Virus record (IMG/VR): IMGVR_UViG_2526164669_000023
Coordinates: 1-49,435 of that record
Direction: 5' to 3' (one strand)
Length of the DNA: 49,435 nt
Origin: a virus
Lineage: Duplodnaviria; Heunggongvirae; Uroviricota; Caudoviricetes
This document shows positions 1-10,718 of this stretch, piece after piece. The notes under the pieces are model-generated. The model made no database searches. It was not told the origin of the DNA and saw only the letters and a list, made by a program, of their open reading frames with translations. The position numbers and the translations under genes were made by a program. Within the stretch, counting starts at the first letter, position 1, and each line of letters starts with the position of its first letter.

Positions 1-1236
1 CTACGATAACCGCGCATTCAACATGGCTACCTGTTCGTCGTTCATGTCATCAATCCACATACCGTAAATTTCATACACCATCTGCGCAGTTTCATGCCCC
101 ATCTGGCTGGCTATAAACGCCGGGTTCGCTCCTGCCGTCAACAGCCAGCAGGCAAAAGTATGCCGCGTATGGTACGGATTACGGCGGCGAATACCAGCAC
201 GTTTTACTGCTGCATTCCATCTCGCACCCAAACTGCTTACCGAGTAATAAGGTTTCTGTTTTCCGTTACACACTCTGGGCATGAAAACAAAATGCAGTTT
301 TTGCTTTTCGGTTCTGCCGTACTCCCGATGATAAAAAGTGATTTCGCTTTTGCGATGATGCCCGGTCAGTTTGTATTGCTCCTTCAGTGCTTCAAGAGCA
401 GGCTGCAGTAGTGTTACCGTCCGGATCCCCGCATTTGTTTTTGGGGGACCGAACATATCCAGTATCGTCAGGTTTCTTCTGACATTCACAACTCCCTTCT
501 CGAAATCCACATCCTCCCACGCCAGAGCAGCCAGTTCCCCGTGACGAAGCCCGGAGTAAACGGCAAATTTCCACAAGTTCTGGCTCTGTCCTTTTTCACT
601 TTCCATTAATGCATTGAATTCTGTTTTAGATAACGGATCAGGCTTTATTCTGTTTCGCTGTAATTTTTTTACTCCTTCAAATGGTTTGGTTGATATAAAT
701 CCCGACTGATACGCAAAACGCAACAGCGAACAGAGCTGGGCGATATAGTTATCAACTGTGCGCACGGTTCTTCCTTTTTTGTTGGATCTTGGATTATCCA
801 GGTAAAGCGTTTCTCCATGCAGCAGTTCATTCCGGTAGTTTAAGATATCGCTATAACGAATATGTGATATCGGGGTACTTTCACAAATTATTATTCTGAG
901 TGTTTTTAATTGTGATTTCGTTTTCTTCATTGTGTTTGTTGTTAACTCTGTCTCTTTAATTTTTGTCCAGATATCACAAAGCTCTCCGAACGTTTTTATG
1001 ACTCTCGTTGTCACCATTTTTGCCCCAGTGCTGGACTGGGGAAAACGTCTTAAATACTCAAATTCACCGGAGTTTATTTCATGAACTATCAGCGCTCTTA
1101 AATTTCCGGCCTTTTTAATATTACTGTTTGTAATCTCCCAGCCTTTTAATGTTTCCCGACATCGTTTTCCTCGAAACATGAACCAGATGCGAATGTATCT
1201 ACCTCTAATCTCGACACCTGTTGGTAATTTAGACAT
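1..1236 (-). CDS. intR: Phage integrase, tyrosine recombinase (Rac-type)
   Basis: 411-aa ORF; C-terminal tyrosine-recombinase region (HTRHTFA...ASQMGHE); first gene of a Rac-like early arm; window starts at its stop codon. Confidence 0.85.
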   Translation of the reverse strand: MSKLPTGVEIRGRYIRIWFMFRGKRCRETLKGWEITNSNIKKAGNLRALIVHEINSGEFEYLRRFPQSSTGAKMVTTRVIKTFGELCDIWTKIKETELTTNTMKKTKSQLKTLRIIICESTPISHIRYSDILNYRNELLHGETLYLDNPRSNKKGRTVRTVDNYIAQLCSLLRFAYQSGFISTKPFEGVKKLQRNRIKPDPLSKTEFNALMESEKGQSQNLWKFAVYSGLRHGELAALAWEDVDFEKGVVNVRRNLTILDMFGPPKTNAGIRTVTLLQPALEALKEQYKLTGHHRKSEITFYHREYGRTEKQKLHFVFMPRVCNGKQKPYYSVSSLGARWNAAVKRAGIRRRNPYHTRHTFACWLLTAGANPAFIASQMGHETAQMVYEIYGMWIDDMNDEQVAMLNARLS

Positions 1237-1237
1237 A

Positions 1238-1453
1238 TCATGAGTCTTTGATAAACTGATTTATCTTTGGATAGTTGTACCAGATAATCCCTCGTTTGCT
1301 GTCTGGCTTACCTAAAGGAGATACTCGTTTGAAGTGGAAGCCCTCCACCCAACAGTTCTGGCGGTATGCTTCAATTTGTCTGGCCCCCAGACCAGTGCGA
1401 AGCATCAGGCCGTATTCAACCATCCACTCTTCATTAAAGATTACTTGTGCCAT
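1238..1453 (-). CDS. xisR: Excisionase-like protein (Rac XisR/YdaQ-like)
   Basis: Small ORF immediately upstream of int on the same strand; 71 aa from the internal Met [10 protein letters not shown], matching the length I recall for Rac YdaQ. Confidence 0.6.
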   Translation of the reverse strand: MAQVIFNEEWMVEYGLMLRTGLGARQIEAYRQNCWVEGFHFKRVSPLGKPDSKRGIIWYNYPKINQFIKDS

Positions 1454-1531
1454 CGCATCACCTCTGGCAGGCGCCAATGTTAGACTGAAATTGACGCCCG
1501 ATGTTGATTATTAATAATCAGCTATGAAGTT

Positions 1532-1741
1532 TTAATTTGAATACAATGCAATTCTCGAGGACTGAAGTTTCTCGCAATTAAAATTTATCAGTTTTACTTT
1601 CTGCTCTCTGGAAACGCCTGCTTCTTTTTTACCTGAGAGCATTTTTTCGCATTCTGATTTCGTTAGTTTAGATTTTGAATATCTTGTCCAGTTAGTAGGA
1701 GTGCCACCTTCCTTTTCAATAGTGGCGGTAATTTTATACAT
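1532..1741 (-). CDS. ydaC: Rac-type small protein YdaC-like
   Basis: 69 aa from MYKITATIEKEGG; position between lar and xis as in Rac; start chosen by length recall. Confidence 0.5.
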   Translation of the reverse strand: MYKITATIEKEGGTPTNWTRYSKSKLTKSECEKMLSGKKEAGVSREQKVKLINFNCEKLQSSRIALYSN

Positions 1742-1928
1742 GAACACCTCCATTATTATTTCCAGTGGTTCGTTTATTCCATCTTTCGAGTGCTTCTTTT
1801 TCACTTCCACCATAACCGGTTCGGGATTCGCATCCGTTACACTTCGCTCGGTAATATCCTGAAATGGCTTTCACCGTTACTGATGGACAACCACAAAATG
1901 GACATGGTTTAACATTGTCATATCTCAT
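1734..1928 (-). CDS. ralR: Restriction alleviation protein Lar (RalR)
   Basis: 64-aa product MRYDNVKPCPFCGCPSVTVKAISGYYRAKCNGCESRTGYGG with Lar-family Cys motif; directly upstream of recT as in Rac. Confidence 0.8.
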   Translation of the reverse strand: MRYDNVKPCPFCGCPSVTVKAISGYYRAKCNGCESRTGYGGSEKEALERWNKRTTGNNNGGVHV

Positions 1929-1984
1929 AATCTTTCTCATAAAAAATATTTCAAGTTGGCGGTGCATTACACCGCCAGGCTGAA

Positions 1985-2794
1985 TTATTCCTCTGAATTA
2001 TCGATTACACTGTATTCCCCGGTTAATACAGAGGAATCTGCAGGATCGATTGTCAGTGGTTCCTTTTCATCCATTGATACTGCACGCTGGATCTCAATTG
2101 ATACGGGCAGATATTTGAACAGGCGACGAATAGCCGTTTTCTTTGCCATTTCTTCCCAGTGAGTTACCCACGGCCCGTTATTACCAGCTTTACTCAGGCT
2201 GCGCACCAGCTCAATCTGTTTGCGCGTCATAACTTCAAACTGAGTACCTCCGTCTTTCAGTCTTGCGACAGCATAGACGTGGGTAACCGGGGCATCTTCG
2301 TTTTCTCCCGGGCGGTGTATTAACTTTTCATCAAGGCCAAATTCGAAGCTAAACTCGTCACCTTCACGGACAACACGGGCTGACAGGCTGGCGATTTGAC
2401 CAGAACGGCGAGCCAGATCAATCATGCCGCGATAGCCAATGATTAGCTGAACGTTCTTTTTACCGCTCTTTTCGTTTTTATTACCAAAAGGCAGTAAATA
2501 TGCATGACCGAGGGCGCTACCTGGCTCAAGTCCGAGCTGTGAACACTGTACGATCGCACTGACAAAACTCATAGTGTCACAGTTTCCTAACGCCGGAACT
2601 TTACGAATTTCTGTGGTGGCGATACGGATCATACGTTCAGCCGTCATATGGCGTGGAAGAGCTGCTGCCAGTTGCTCTTTCATTGATGGCTGGTTAATAA
2701 AACTAATCACGTCGCTATTTTTAACTGCTGCTGGTGCACGGTTTCCCTGAGTTTTTTGCAGATCGGCTTTTGCGATTGGTGGTTGCTTAGTCAT
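1985..2794 (-). CDS. recT: Recombinase RecT (single-strand annealing protein)
   Basis: 269-aa product from [16 protein letters not shown] matches the RecT sequence I recall; the track ORF extends 19 codons upstream of the likely start. Confidence 0.9.
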   Translation of the reverse strand: MTKQPPIAKADLQKTQGNRAPAAVKNSDVISFINQPSMKEQLAAALPRHMTAERMIRIATTEIRKVPALGNCDTMSFVSAIVQCSQLGLEPGSALGHAYLLPFGNKNEKSGKKNVQLIIGYRGMIDLARRSGQIASLSARVVREGDEFSFEFGLDEKLIHRPGENEDAPVTHVYAVARLKDGGTQFEVMTRKQIELVRSLSKAGNNGPWVTHWEEMAKKTAIRRLFKYLPVSIEIQRAVSMDEKEPLTIDPADSSVLTGEYSVIDNSEE

Positions 2795-5387
2795 TTGCAT
2801 ATTCCTTAGCCCAGCGGGGCAGTGATAATGTCTTAATAGCTGGCCATTCATCGGTATTCAGGCAGTCAGACAGGGTTCGCAGATTGCGGTGATATTCCTG
2901 TTGACCTGCCAGTTTTGCTTCTTCGCCCATCATGAAAATTTCAACCGGATAACGTCCGCATTCAATAGTTGTGCTGGCAACCAGAAAAACGAAAGTTGGC
3001 TGCACTCCAAACTGTGCTTCATAACCGTCACTGTAGAATGCATCCTGAACGTGATAGCGGTAGTCGTAATAAGCGGTTTTGAATCGTTGAATATCCGCCG
3101 TAGTTTTCACGTCCATGATCCAGTGAAATTCAGGGATAATTTTGTCCGGACGGCACCGACACAAAATTCCTGTTTCAGGATCTTCCCAGTAAATTGATGA
3201 TTCAGCGTGTCCGGCGCTTTCAACAAGCCATTGCCCCAGCGGCAAAGCCATAACGCTTTGATACATGAGTTCAATTTTCCGGCCTTCTTCCGCAGTGATA
3301 ACCGTTTTTCCTGTGCTTGCGCATTCCATCAGAAACGCTTTCTCTTCTTCTTTTCCGGCGTTTGTACGGCGGTTAAATTCAGGTGCTACGATAAAGCGGT
3401 TACTGAATTCTTCCGGTTCAAGTACCCGGCAGTGGAAAGCAGTTCCTAAATCGAGCGTTTTTGTCTTTGTGGTGTCCACGGGGGCATTTTTACGCCACAA
3501 ATATAGTGCCGGAGTATCAGCAATGTCATCGAGCTGAGACTTACTGATACCGGGACCCGCGTGGTAATTCTCATTCGAAATTCCGTAATAAATACCTGGC
3601 TCTATGTCTTCTACGATTACGGGATCTGCGACTTCGCCAGTTTCATCACTGCAATCGCGATGCGGATCGCTACCAGCATTCTCATTGTGCGGATGTTCAG
3701 CGCCTTCCATTTCCTCCGGATCATTTTCCTTAGCTTCAACCTGACTCTCTTCATCGAATGTTTCCTGGTATGTTGCGTCGCCCATCACCGCACCACAGTC
3801 AGGGCAGTTATCCCCGCCAGTCTGGCCGCAGGCATTGCAGGCTATTTCCGGTTCCTGTTGCACTACTGGCTCAGGTTGATTCATATCTGGGCTGGTTTTT
3901 TCCGTTTCTGGCTGGTTCTGGTACACACAATCGCGAGTCTGGATCCCCTTTACCCATTTCGGATCGTTCGGGTCGCTAATTCCGTCAACAAATTCACCAC
4001 GTGATGCAGCAAGCAATTTATCGGCATCGACAGGATTTTTTGATGGAATGTTTTTCCGGGCTTCATGGAGTTCTGCCCGCAGTTCCTGATATTTCGCATC
4101 AACAGAATTTACCTGTGACTGAGCATCCAGCGGCTGCGTGTCCTGATGATGTTCAGTTGCGTCCGGTTCCATTGTTTCAGCCTCTCCCTGTTCAACTGCC
4201 GTTGTTCCAGATGGTTGCGGTTTTTCTTCATCATCCTGTTTTCCTTCTTCTGTTACTCGCTGCGGCATCGGGGCAGAGGAGCGACCGCAGGCAATATCCA
4301 CGATTTCCGGATCAGGGTTGGCATGATCGGTTTCAGTCAGTACTTTGTTCAGATATTCAGTGACGTGCGCGGGGATGACCTCGATCCCAATTGGTGCTTC
4401 TTTTACGGACGCAACCACGATGGCGCGGGAATAATCCAGCCCGCCAGGCATGGTGATGAATTTGTCGCGGAAAACAGAAAAGGGCGGTTTATTTTCAGCG
4501 ATAATTTCCTCAATGCGTTTAGCGTGTGCCGGATGAAGGTTATAGATGTCCAGATCCATTGAACGGGCCAGTACGCCAGTGGCTACGTCGCGCGCCAGTG
4601 ACGTCAGATCGTGTACGAAACCTTCGCCGCGATCGGTGAGGTTTCCGCCGCCAGCATTAGCACCGGAAGCCGTGCGAGTGATGTGTGAAACACGATTACC
4701 CTTCATCCACTCTTTTGTCAGCAGTCCTCGATCGGTGTAGTCAGCGTTCAGGTATGCTTCGAAAAAAGCAGTTATCAGTCCCAGGTTTGAATTACCAGGA
4801 TTAGGGAAAACTTTGTCAGTGTCACGAACCAGTTTGTGGAGTTCGCGAATTTCCAGCGGGTCGAGCAGGCTGGTTTTGTGGGAAACAGCCAGGGCAGTAA
4901 CAGCCGGTAGTTCTTCAGCCCGAGCAATGTGTAATGCCTGGAGTCCGTCGCGTGAAACGTGCGTTACCGGTTTTTCGCTGCCGTGTTGAGCAAGCCAACG
5001 AATGGGCAGTTCCTGGCCAGAAATTGGGAGTAGCATATTCTCCTCAATCTCAGTCATGTCTTCGCCGTTGACGTTGGTATTGCCTTGATAGTGAGCGTTG
5101 TCTGGTGCTGCTCCCGGTTTTAGTTCCCATGTCATGGAGTCTTTGCTGAGTTGATAGCGTTCACTCCAGGTAAAATCGATCTCACCTTCAGCGGGCAGGT
5201 CATTAACGACAGGAAAATTCGTGGCAACAGCTTTAAAATAGCTGCTCAGTTTTTTACCTGACTTAACGATCAGGTAGTCCAGAGTGGCACAGGTCGATTC
5301 AAAATCGTTGCTTGCCCACAGGACGACGTCAGGTTCACCGGATGATTTTTTCGCTTTCCGTAACAGGAAGAGTGGTTTTGTGCTCAT
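2787..5387 (-). CDS. recE: Exodeoxyribonuclease VIII RecE
   Basis: 866-aa ORF; N-terminus [24 protein letters not shown] and the length match K-12 RecE; overlaps recT start by 8 nt. Confidence 0.9.
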   Translation of the reverse strand: MSTKPLFLLRKAKKSSGEPDVVLWASNDFESTCATLDYLIVKSGKKLSSYFKAVATNFPVVNDLPAEGEIDFTWSERYQLSKDSMTWELKPGAAPDNAHYQGNTNVNGEDMTEIEENMLLPISGQELPIRWLAQHGSEKPVTHVSRDGLQALHIARAEELPAVTALAVSHKTSLLDPLEIRELHKLVRDTDKVFPNPGNSNLGLITAFFEAYLNADYTDRGLLTKEWMKGNRVSHITRTASGANAGGGNLTDRGEGFVHDLTSLARDVATGVLARSMDLDIYNLHPAHAKRIEEIIAENKPPFSVFRDKFITMPGGLDYSRAIVVASVKEAPIGIEVIPAHVTEYLNKVLTETDHANPDPEIVDIACGRSSAPMPQRVTEEGKQDDEEKPQPSGTTAVEQGEAETMEPDATEHHQDTQPLDAQSQVNSVDAKYQELRAELHEARKNIPSKNPVDADKLLAASRGEFVDGISDPNDPKWVKGIQTRDCVYQNQPETEKTSPDMNQPEPVVQQEPEIACNACGQTGGDNCPDCGAVMGDATYQETFDEESQVEAKENDPEEMEGAEHPHNENAGSDPHRDCSDETGEVADPVIVEDIEPGIYYGISNENYHAGPGISKSQLDDIADTPALYLWRKNAPVDTTKTKTLDLGTAFHCRVLEPEEFSNRFIVAPEFNRRTNAGKEEEKAFLMECASTGKTVITAEEGRKIELMYQSVMALPLGQWLVESAGHAESSIYWEDPETGILCRCRPDKIIPEFHWIMDVKTTADIQRFKTAYYDYRYHVQDAFYSDGYEAQFGVQPTFVFLVASTTIECGRYPVEIFMMGEEAKLAGQQEYHRNLRTLSDCLNTDEWPAIKTLSLPRWAKEYAND

Positions 5388-5488
5388 TGTTTTTTAACCT
5401 CAACTCAGATTAAAATTCGTTTTGTTCAGTGAATGATCTTGCCGGATACACACTGTTCATAGCCTGCGCCATACGCAGGCTATTTCTT

Positions 5489-5764
5489 TCAGATTTCACC
5501 TTTTAATTTCATTGCAATTAGAGTTGCCAGAAATTCGGCTTTTTTTTCTGCGGGCAGATTCTTTCCGATATGCACCAGGCACATTTTTTTGACACCTTCA
5601 TCAAGTGTTTTTACGTTGCCTGATGGACCATCGATATCAACCACAGTGAATGGGGTTTCTTTATTTTCTGTTTTAATTACGTAGCCAATGCGCTTTCCTT
5701 CCAGATTCACCTCGTGAACAATGTCATCGGTAGTTACAACAGTGGCTTCATAATTGGTAATCAT
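5489..5764 (-). CDS. racC: RacC protein
   Basis: 91 aa from MITNYEATVVTTDDIVHEV; Rac gene order. Confidence 0.8.
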   Translation of the reverse strand: MITNYEATVVTTDDIVHEVNLEGKRIGYVIKTENKETPFTVVDIDGPSGNVKTLDEGVKKMCLVHIGKNLPAEKKAEFLATLIAMKLKGEI

Positions 5765-5838
5765 GTTTTTCTCCTTAATTAAGGTTGAGCGAATACCTGC
5801 CATTTCTGGCATAAATTCAGTTTCGAATAGTCAATTAA

Positions 5839-6009
5839 TTAAAGTTCATGTGCCATCTGGTCTTTTTCGGCACAAGCTTCACTGCAATATTTTCTCGGTT
5901 CGTCTTTTGATAAAATCCCGTGCATGAAGTGAAGCATTCTTTCAATAGCTTTGCTTTCTTCAACGTCTTTTTTGCAAAGGTGGTAAGCACATTTTATTTT
6001 CTTAGTCAT
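5839..6009 (-). CDS. ydaE: Small Cys-rich protein, YdaE-like
   Basis: ORF below the track size cutoff, between racC and kilR; start codon overlaps the kilR stop. My reading gives a 56-aa Cys-containing product only if a T-run near 5938-5941 is T3; homopolymer count and the left boundary (5838/5839) are uncertain. Confidence 0.4.
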   Translation of the reverse strand: MTKKIKCAYHLCKKDVEESKAIERMLHFMHGILSKDEPRKYCSEACAEKDQMAHEL

Positions 6010-6230
6010 CACCATGACTCCGCCTTTACAGGTAAACCATCACGACCGAGGAAGACTTTAATCATGCGGTCAGTAATGCATGTTTTTGTGGTCAGGTTAC
6101 GAATATATAGTTTTCGCTTTTTAATATTGTTTGCCGAGGCAATATATGTCCGGCCTTCATGAAGAACATAATCGCCAGGAGTCACACACTGACGTGGTAT
6201 TTCATCAGTTCCGAAGTGATGTGCAATCAT
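6009..6230 (-). CDS. kilR: Cell-division inhibitor KilR
   Basis: 73 aa from [32 protein letters not shown]; matches recalled KilR; Rac position. Confidence 0.85.
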   Translation of the reverse strand: MIAHHFGTDEIPRQCVTPGDYVLHEGRTYIASANNIKKRKLYIRNLTTKTCITDRMIKVFLGRDGLPVKAESW

Positions 6231-6671
6231 AATTATCTCCATTTTTACAAATGAACTTTGTTGATGCGGTGCCTGGTGCCTCCAGGTGACTGCAACCAGT
6301 TAACAATTACAGTCGGCTTTCCCACCCAAACCAATAAGGACTAACATGACTTTTAACTGTGCCACGTGCGCTTAGCCGCATTCACCGCATCACAAAATTC
6401 ACTTTAAAAAGGGCGGACATCAGCCGAACTTCAAGAAAAAAACTGATGCCGCCAGGACTACACACAGCAATGTCGTTATTTACAACCGGAGGCGCACTCC
6501 CACCATTTAAATTTAACAGACAAGACCGACTCTTTATGGATATCGGAAATGCGCCTTCGTGTTGTGCCCGGTTTTATTTCACCACCTCCGGGCTTCGGTG
6601 GTCTCGGCTATACCCCTACAGCGAGAGCTTGTGTTAACATTTCAATACCCTTACAGTTGAGAGTTATTGAT

Positions 6672-7160
6672 ATGTTGGATGTATTTACTCCATTGTTGAA
6701 ACTTTTTGCTAACGAGCCACTCGAAAGACTTATGTATACGATTATCATTTTTGGTCTCACTCTCTGGCTGATACCGAAAGAGTTTACTGTCGCATTCAAT
6801 GCTTATACTGAAATACCTTGGCTCTTTCAGATTATCGTTTTTGCCTTTTCTTTCGTGGTCGCCATTTCCTTCTCAAGATTGCGAGCACATATTCAAAAGC
6901 ATTATTCATTACTACCAGAGCAACGAGTATTGCTTCGTTTATCTGAGAAAGAAATCGCTGTATTTAAAGATTTCCTTAAAACAGGAAATCTTATTATCAC
7001 TTCTCCTTGCCGTAACCCGGTTATGAAAAAATTAGAACGGAAGGGCATCATTCAACATCAGAGTGATAGCGCAAACTGTTCTTATTATCTCGTCACCGAA
7101 AAATACTCCCATTTTATGAAGTTATTCTGGAACAGCAGGAGTAGACGTTTTAATCGTTAG
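6672..7160 (+). CDS. sieB: Superinfection exclusion protein B
   Basis: 162 aa from internal Met MLDVFTPLLKLFANEPLER; membrane-protein-like N-terminus; opposite strand to the early leftward operon as in Rac. Confidence 0.8.
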   Translation: MLDVFTPLLKLFANEPLERLMYTIIIFGLTLWLIPKEFTVAFNAYTEIPWLFQIIVFAFSFVVAISFSRLRAHIQKHYSLLPEQRVLLRLSEKEIAVFKDFLKTGNLIITSPCRNPVMKKLERKGIIQHQSDSANCSYYLVTEKYSHFMKLFWNSRSRRFNR

Positions 7161-7312
7161 CTTACTGTGTGCTTCTCCAACCATCGGCGCGCACCAGTTT
7201 CGGTTTTAAATGTTTTGCTTTTGGTATACGTCATGGCAGTGAACGTTCCATCCTGGTTGGGGAACACGCCGCACACCAGGGATTCGTTGTTGCCGAGGTC
7301 GATTTTTTGCAT
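7157..7312 (-). CDS. ydaF: Small protein YdaF-like
   Basis: 51-aa ORF MQKIDLGNNESLVCGVFPNQDGTFTAMTYTKSK... read by hand on the minus strand; below track cutoff. Confidence 0.5.
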   Translation of the reverse strand: MQKIDLGNNESLVCGVFPNQDGTFTAMTYTKSKTFKTETGARRWLEKHTVS

Positions 7313-7321
7313 TTTGCGAAT

Positions 7322-7456
7322 CTCACATCTTGTTGCTACGTATAGCGACTTCTGCCTGCCAGAGATCCCAGTCGTTGCTGCGTAAAGCCTGCACAGCCTG
7401 GTTGTAAGTGATACCGCAACAATCCATCAAATACTGAACTACTTCGTAATGCACCA
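7322..7456 (-). CDS. ydaG: Small protein YdaG-like
   Basis: 44-aa ORF MVHYEVVQYLMDCCGITYNQAVQALRSNDWDLWQAEVAIRSNKM; good RBS (AAGGGGAGAG) upstream; first gene of the leftward operon. Confidence 0.5.
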
Positions 7457-7619
7457 TCTTATCTCTCCCCTTAACGCCGGGTGGCGGAACTAACTGCTGC
7501 ACTGCAAAATTTGAATCCCGCCGTCATGTTCATACGCCTCGGGCTGGCTACTTAACCCCTTACCACTGCCTGGTAACTCGAAGTATTGCCCGGCGTTCTG
7601 TGGGGCGGGGTGGGTGGTA

Positions 7620-7680
7620 TGCTGGAACTATAGGTAATGCCTAATTGATTGTCAATAGGCTATGCCTAATGTTTTGAGCG
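7620..7680 (-). promoter_or_regulatory. Leftward early promoter (PL-like) with operator half of a 24-bp inverted repeat
   Basis: Minus strand shows TTGACA (7650-7655), 17-bp spacer, TATAGT (7627-7632); operator-like 24-mer at 7648-7671 is the near-perfect reverse complement of 8294-8317. Confidence 0.55.
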
Positions 7681-7765
7681 TAACCTAATAGGTGATGGCG
7701 ACAGCAGAAAGTGATGGGGGGGTTAAATAACGGAATCCAGGAGTTTTCCGTCAGACCATATAAGT

Positions 7766-8242
7766 TTAAGTTCCAGTTTTTGTGATGTTCTGGCTTTTCC
7801 GTTCAGATTCTAGAGCTTTCAGATACTTACCCACTTTCATTTCCATCGCTGCTATGTAGGCGCGAACATCGTGGTCAACCCAATCTGGTTCTGTAGCATT
7901 TCCAGATAACAGGAAAGCTACAATCGCTCTTATTTCATCAGAGGCTGCTTGATAAAGGTTGTTTATATCTAAAAGTTCACTTTTTGTATCTGAATTGGTG
8001 GGAGTTGGTATGGGGTATTCGTTAAGCCCCCAATGCTCTGGACCAACAACATCAGAAAAGAAACGCCATAATTCTGGAAGTTTATCTTTACTTATAGAGC
8101 CTTTCTTAATCCAGTCATAAATTGATGGTGGTTGGACTTTGAAGTGGCGTGCGACCTCCGCCTTTGATTTGACGGATCCCGATGCGATTTTTTTGTTAAT
8201 GGCCTGCTCTATCGCTCGGCCTAAGTCTTTACCACTAAGCAT
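7766..8242 (-). CDS. racR: Prophage repressor RacR
   Basis: 158-aa ORF; N-terminus MLSGKDLGRAIEQAINKKIASGS (HTH region); divergent from ydaS as in Rac. Confidence 0.85.
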   Translation of the reverse strand: MLSGKDLGRAIEQAINKKIASGSVKSKAEVARHFKVQPPSIYDWIKKGSISKDKLPELWRFFSDVVGPEHWGLNEYPIPTPTNSDTKSELLDINNLYQAASDEIRAIVAFLLSGNATEPDWVDHDVRAYIAAMEMKVGKYLKALESERKSQNITKTGT

Positions 8243-8365
8243 TGCTTAATATTCTCCTATGCGCATTACATTAGGCAATCCCTACCCTTACCGCATTAGG
8301 CACAGCCTATTGACAATTGCGTTAGGCGTCGCCTAATATTTCTGTGTGTTTTTGGAGTTCATTCG
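8243..8365. promoter_or_regulatory. racR-ydaS divergent promoter/operator region
   Basis: Repeated ATTAGGC / GCCTAAT motifs, palindrome TTAGGCGTCGCCTAA, and TTGACA (8310-8315) followed by TAATAT about 18 bp downstream, oriented toward ydaS. Confidence 0.55.
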
Positions 8366-8662
8366 ATGAAAAAAGAGAACTATTCATTCAAGCAAGCTTG
8401 TGCTGTTGTCGGTGGGCAATCAGCAATGGCTAGGCTTTTAGGTGTATCACCTCCAAGCGTAAATCAATGGATCAAAGGGGTACGTCAATTGCCTGCCGAG
8501 AGATGTCCAGCAATTGAACGTGCAACAAGAGGTGAGGTTCTGTGCGAAGAACTTCGTCCTGATATTGACTGGTCATATTTACGACGTTCGGCATGTTGTT
8601 CGCAGAATATGTCAGTGAAGCAACTAAATGACAGTAACAAATCCTCATTTGATCATACCTGA
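8366..8662 (+). CDS. ydaS: Cro-like HTH protein YdaS
   Basis: 98-aa ORF with HTH-like N-terminus; first rightward gene opposite racR. Confidence 0.8.
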   Translation: MKKENYSFKQACAVVGGQSAMARLLGVSPPSVNQWIKGVRQLPAERCPAIERATRGEVLCEELRPDIDWSYLRRSACCSQNMSVKQLNDSNKSSFDHT

Positions 8663-8684
8663 AACATCAAGAGGCAAATGATTC

Positions 8685-9107
8685 ATGAAAATCAAGCATG
8701 AGCACATCGAATCAGTGTTGTTTGCCCTAGCAGCCGAAAAAGGGCAGGCATGGGTAGCCAATGCAATTACTGAAGAATATCTGCGCCAGGGGGGCGGCGA
8801 ATTGCCCCTGGTTCCAGGCAAGGACTGGAACAATCAGCAGAATATCTATCACCGTTGGTTGAAAGGTGAAACGAAAACGCAAAGAGAAAAAATTCAGAAG
8901 CTGATCCCAGCAATTCTGGCAATCCTTCCGCGCGAGCTGCGTCACCGACTCTGCATCTTCGATACCCTGGAACGCCGTGCATTACTGGCGGCGCAGGAAG
9001 CGTTAAGTACGGCAATTGATGCGCATGATGATGCAGTCCAGGCCGTTTACCGGAAAGCGCATTTCAGCGGCGGCGGTTCTTCCGACGATTCTGTCATTGT
9101 TCATTAA
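8685..9107 (+). CDS. ydaT: YdaT (toxic early protein / CII-like position)
   Basis: 140-aa ORF following ydaS; Rac gene order. Confidence 0.75.
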   Translation: MKIKHEHIESVLFALAAEKGQAWVANAITEEYLRQGGGELPLVPGKDWNNQQNIYHRWLKGETKTQREKIQKLIPAILAILPRELRHRLCIFDTLERRALLAAQEALSTAIDAHDDAVQAVYRKAHFSGGGSSDDSVIVH

Positions 9108-9119
9108 GCAAAAGTTTCC

Positions 9120-9977
9120 ATGCTGTTTGTGCTTATTCTAAGCCACCGGGCAGCATCATACGGGGCAATTATGGCCGCATTACCATACATGCAACTGTAC
9201 ATAGCTGATTACCTGGCTGACACCATGCATTTGTCAGCAGAGGAGCATGGTGCGTATTTGTTGCTGATGTTCAATTACTGGCAAACAGGAAAGCCAATAC
9301 CTAAAAACAGGCTGGCAAAAATTGCCCGTCTGACTAACGAGCGATGGGCTGATGTTGAACCATCCTTGCAGGAGTTTTTTTGCGATAACGGCGAGGAATG
9401 GGTGCATCTTCGGATTGAGGAAGATCTGGCATCAGTCAGGGAAAAATTAACCAAAAAATCAGCCGCAGGAAAAGCATCTGTTCAGGCCAGAAGAAGCAGA
9501 AAGGAAGCAGATGTTCAAACAAAACAAGAGAGAAATTTAACAGGTGTTCAAACAGATGTTGAAGTGGTGTTTGAACATGATGTCAACACAAAGGCAACTA
9601 ATAAAGATACAGATAAAGATCTAAAAACAGATCCCCCCCTAAATCCCCCCCGGGGGAATCGAGGTGTTAAAAAGTTTGACCCTCTGGATATTGCTTTGCC
9701 GAACTGGATTTCTGTCTCGCTTTGGCGTGAGTGGGTTGAATTTCGCCAGGCATTGCGTAAACCGATTCGAACGGAGCAGGGCGCTAACGGGGCGATACGG
9801 GAGCTGGAAAAATTCCGCCAGCAGGGTTTTTCACCTGAGCAGGTGATTCGATACAGCATCGCCAATGAATACCAGGGCTTGTTCGCGCCAAAAGGTGTTC
9901 GACCTGAGACGTTACTCCGACAGGTTAACACCGTCTCGTTACCGGATAGTGCGATCCCGCCAGGCTTCAGGGGGTAA
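9120..9977 (+). CDS. ydaU: Replication-initiation-like protein YdaU
   Basis: 285-aa ORF in the lambda O-equivalent position upstream of the DnaC-like gene. Confidence 0.7.
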   Translation: MLFVLILSHRAASYGAIMAALPYMQLYIADYLADTMHLSAEEHGAYLLLMFNYWQTGKPIPKNRLAKIARLTNERWADVEPSLQEFFCDNGEEWVHLRIEEDLASVREKLTKKSAAGKASVQARRSRKEADVQTKQERNLTGVQTDVEVVFEHDVNTKATNKDTDKDLKTDPPLNPPRGNRGVKKFDPLDIALPNWISVSLWREWVEFRQALRKPIRTEQGANGAIRELEKFRQQGFSPEQVIRYSIANEYQGLFAPKGVRPETLLRQVNTVSLPDSAIPPGFRG

Positions 9978-9983
9978 CTGACC

Positions 9984-10718
9984 ATGAAAAATATTGCGGC
10001 AGGCGGCATTCTTGAACGTATCCGCAGACTGGCCCCGCCACATGTAACCGCCCCATTCAAAACGGTAGCGGAGTGGCGCGAGTGGCAACTTTCCGAAGGC
10101 CAGAAACGTTGTGAGGAGATCAACCGTCAGAATCGTCAGTTGCGGGTGGAAAAAATTCTGAACCGCTCTGGCATCCAGCCATTGCACCGCAAATGCTCGT
10201 TTGCGAATTACCAGGTGCAGAACGACGGTCAGCGATACGCGTTGAACCAGGCGAAATCTATCGCTGATGAACTGATGACCGGGTGTACAAATTTTGCGTT
10301 CAGCGGAAAACCTGGTACCGGAAAAAACCATCTGGCGGCGGCTATCGGGAATCGCCTGCTGAAAGATGGCCAGACAGTGATTGTGGTTACCGTGGCTGAT
10401 GTCATGAGTGCTCTACACGCCAGCTATGACGACGGGCAATCAGGCGAAAAATTTTTGCGGGAACTGTGCCAAGTGGATCTGCTGGTTCTTGATGAAATTG
10501 GCATTCAGCGCGAGACAAAAAACGAGCAGGTGGTGCTGCACCAGATTGTTGATCGCCGGACAGCGTCGATGCGCAGCGTGGGGATGCTGACAAACCTGAA
10601 CTATGAGGCCATGAAAACATTGCTCGGCGAGCGGATTATGGATCGCATGACCATGAACGGCGGACGCTGGGTGAATTTTAACTGGGAGAGCTGGCGTTCG
10701 AATGTTGGCTTGCGATGA
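9984..10718 (+). CDS. ydaV: DnaC/IstB-like replication ATPase YdaV
   Basis: 244-aa ORF with Walker A GKPGTGKNHL and Walker B LLVLDEIG; lambda P-equivalent position. Confidence 0.8.
   Translation: MKNIAAGGILERIRRLAPPHVTAPFKTVAEWREWQLSEGQKRCEEINRQNRQLRVEKILNRSGIQPLHRKCSFANYQVQNDGQRYALNQAKSIADELMTGCTNFAFSGKPGTGKNHLAAAIGNRLLKDGQTVIVVTVADVMSALHASYDDGQSGEKFLRELCQVDLLVLDEIGIQRETKNEQVVLHQIVDRRTASMRSVGMLTNLNYEAMKTLLGERIMDRMTMNGGRWVNFNWESWRSNVGLR

Noticed and set aside
2889-4740. Multiple plus-strand ORFs inside recE (for example 3561-4004, 4146-4562).
   Set aside because: RecE on the minus strand is a continuous 866-aa frame matching the known protein; the plus-strand ORFs are antisense artefacts.
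5838-6009. Apparent frameshift in the ydaE-like small ORF: a T-run near 5938-5941 read as T4 gives a 43-aa product, T3 gives a 56-aa Cys-rich protein.
   Set aside because: The six-frame track for the opposite strand (ORF 5920-6162, translation MHEVKHSFNS) only fits a T3 run, so the frameshift is most likely my own homopolymer miscount. Gene treated as probably intact, with uncertain boundary.
9548-10331. Track ORFs antisense or overlapping ydaU/ydaV (9548-10123 minus, 9939-10331 minus, 10402-10620).
   Set aside because: Fully embedded in well-supported genes on the other strand; no RBS or independent support.
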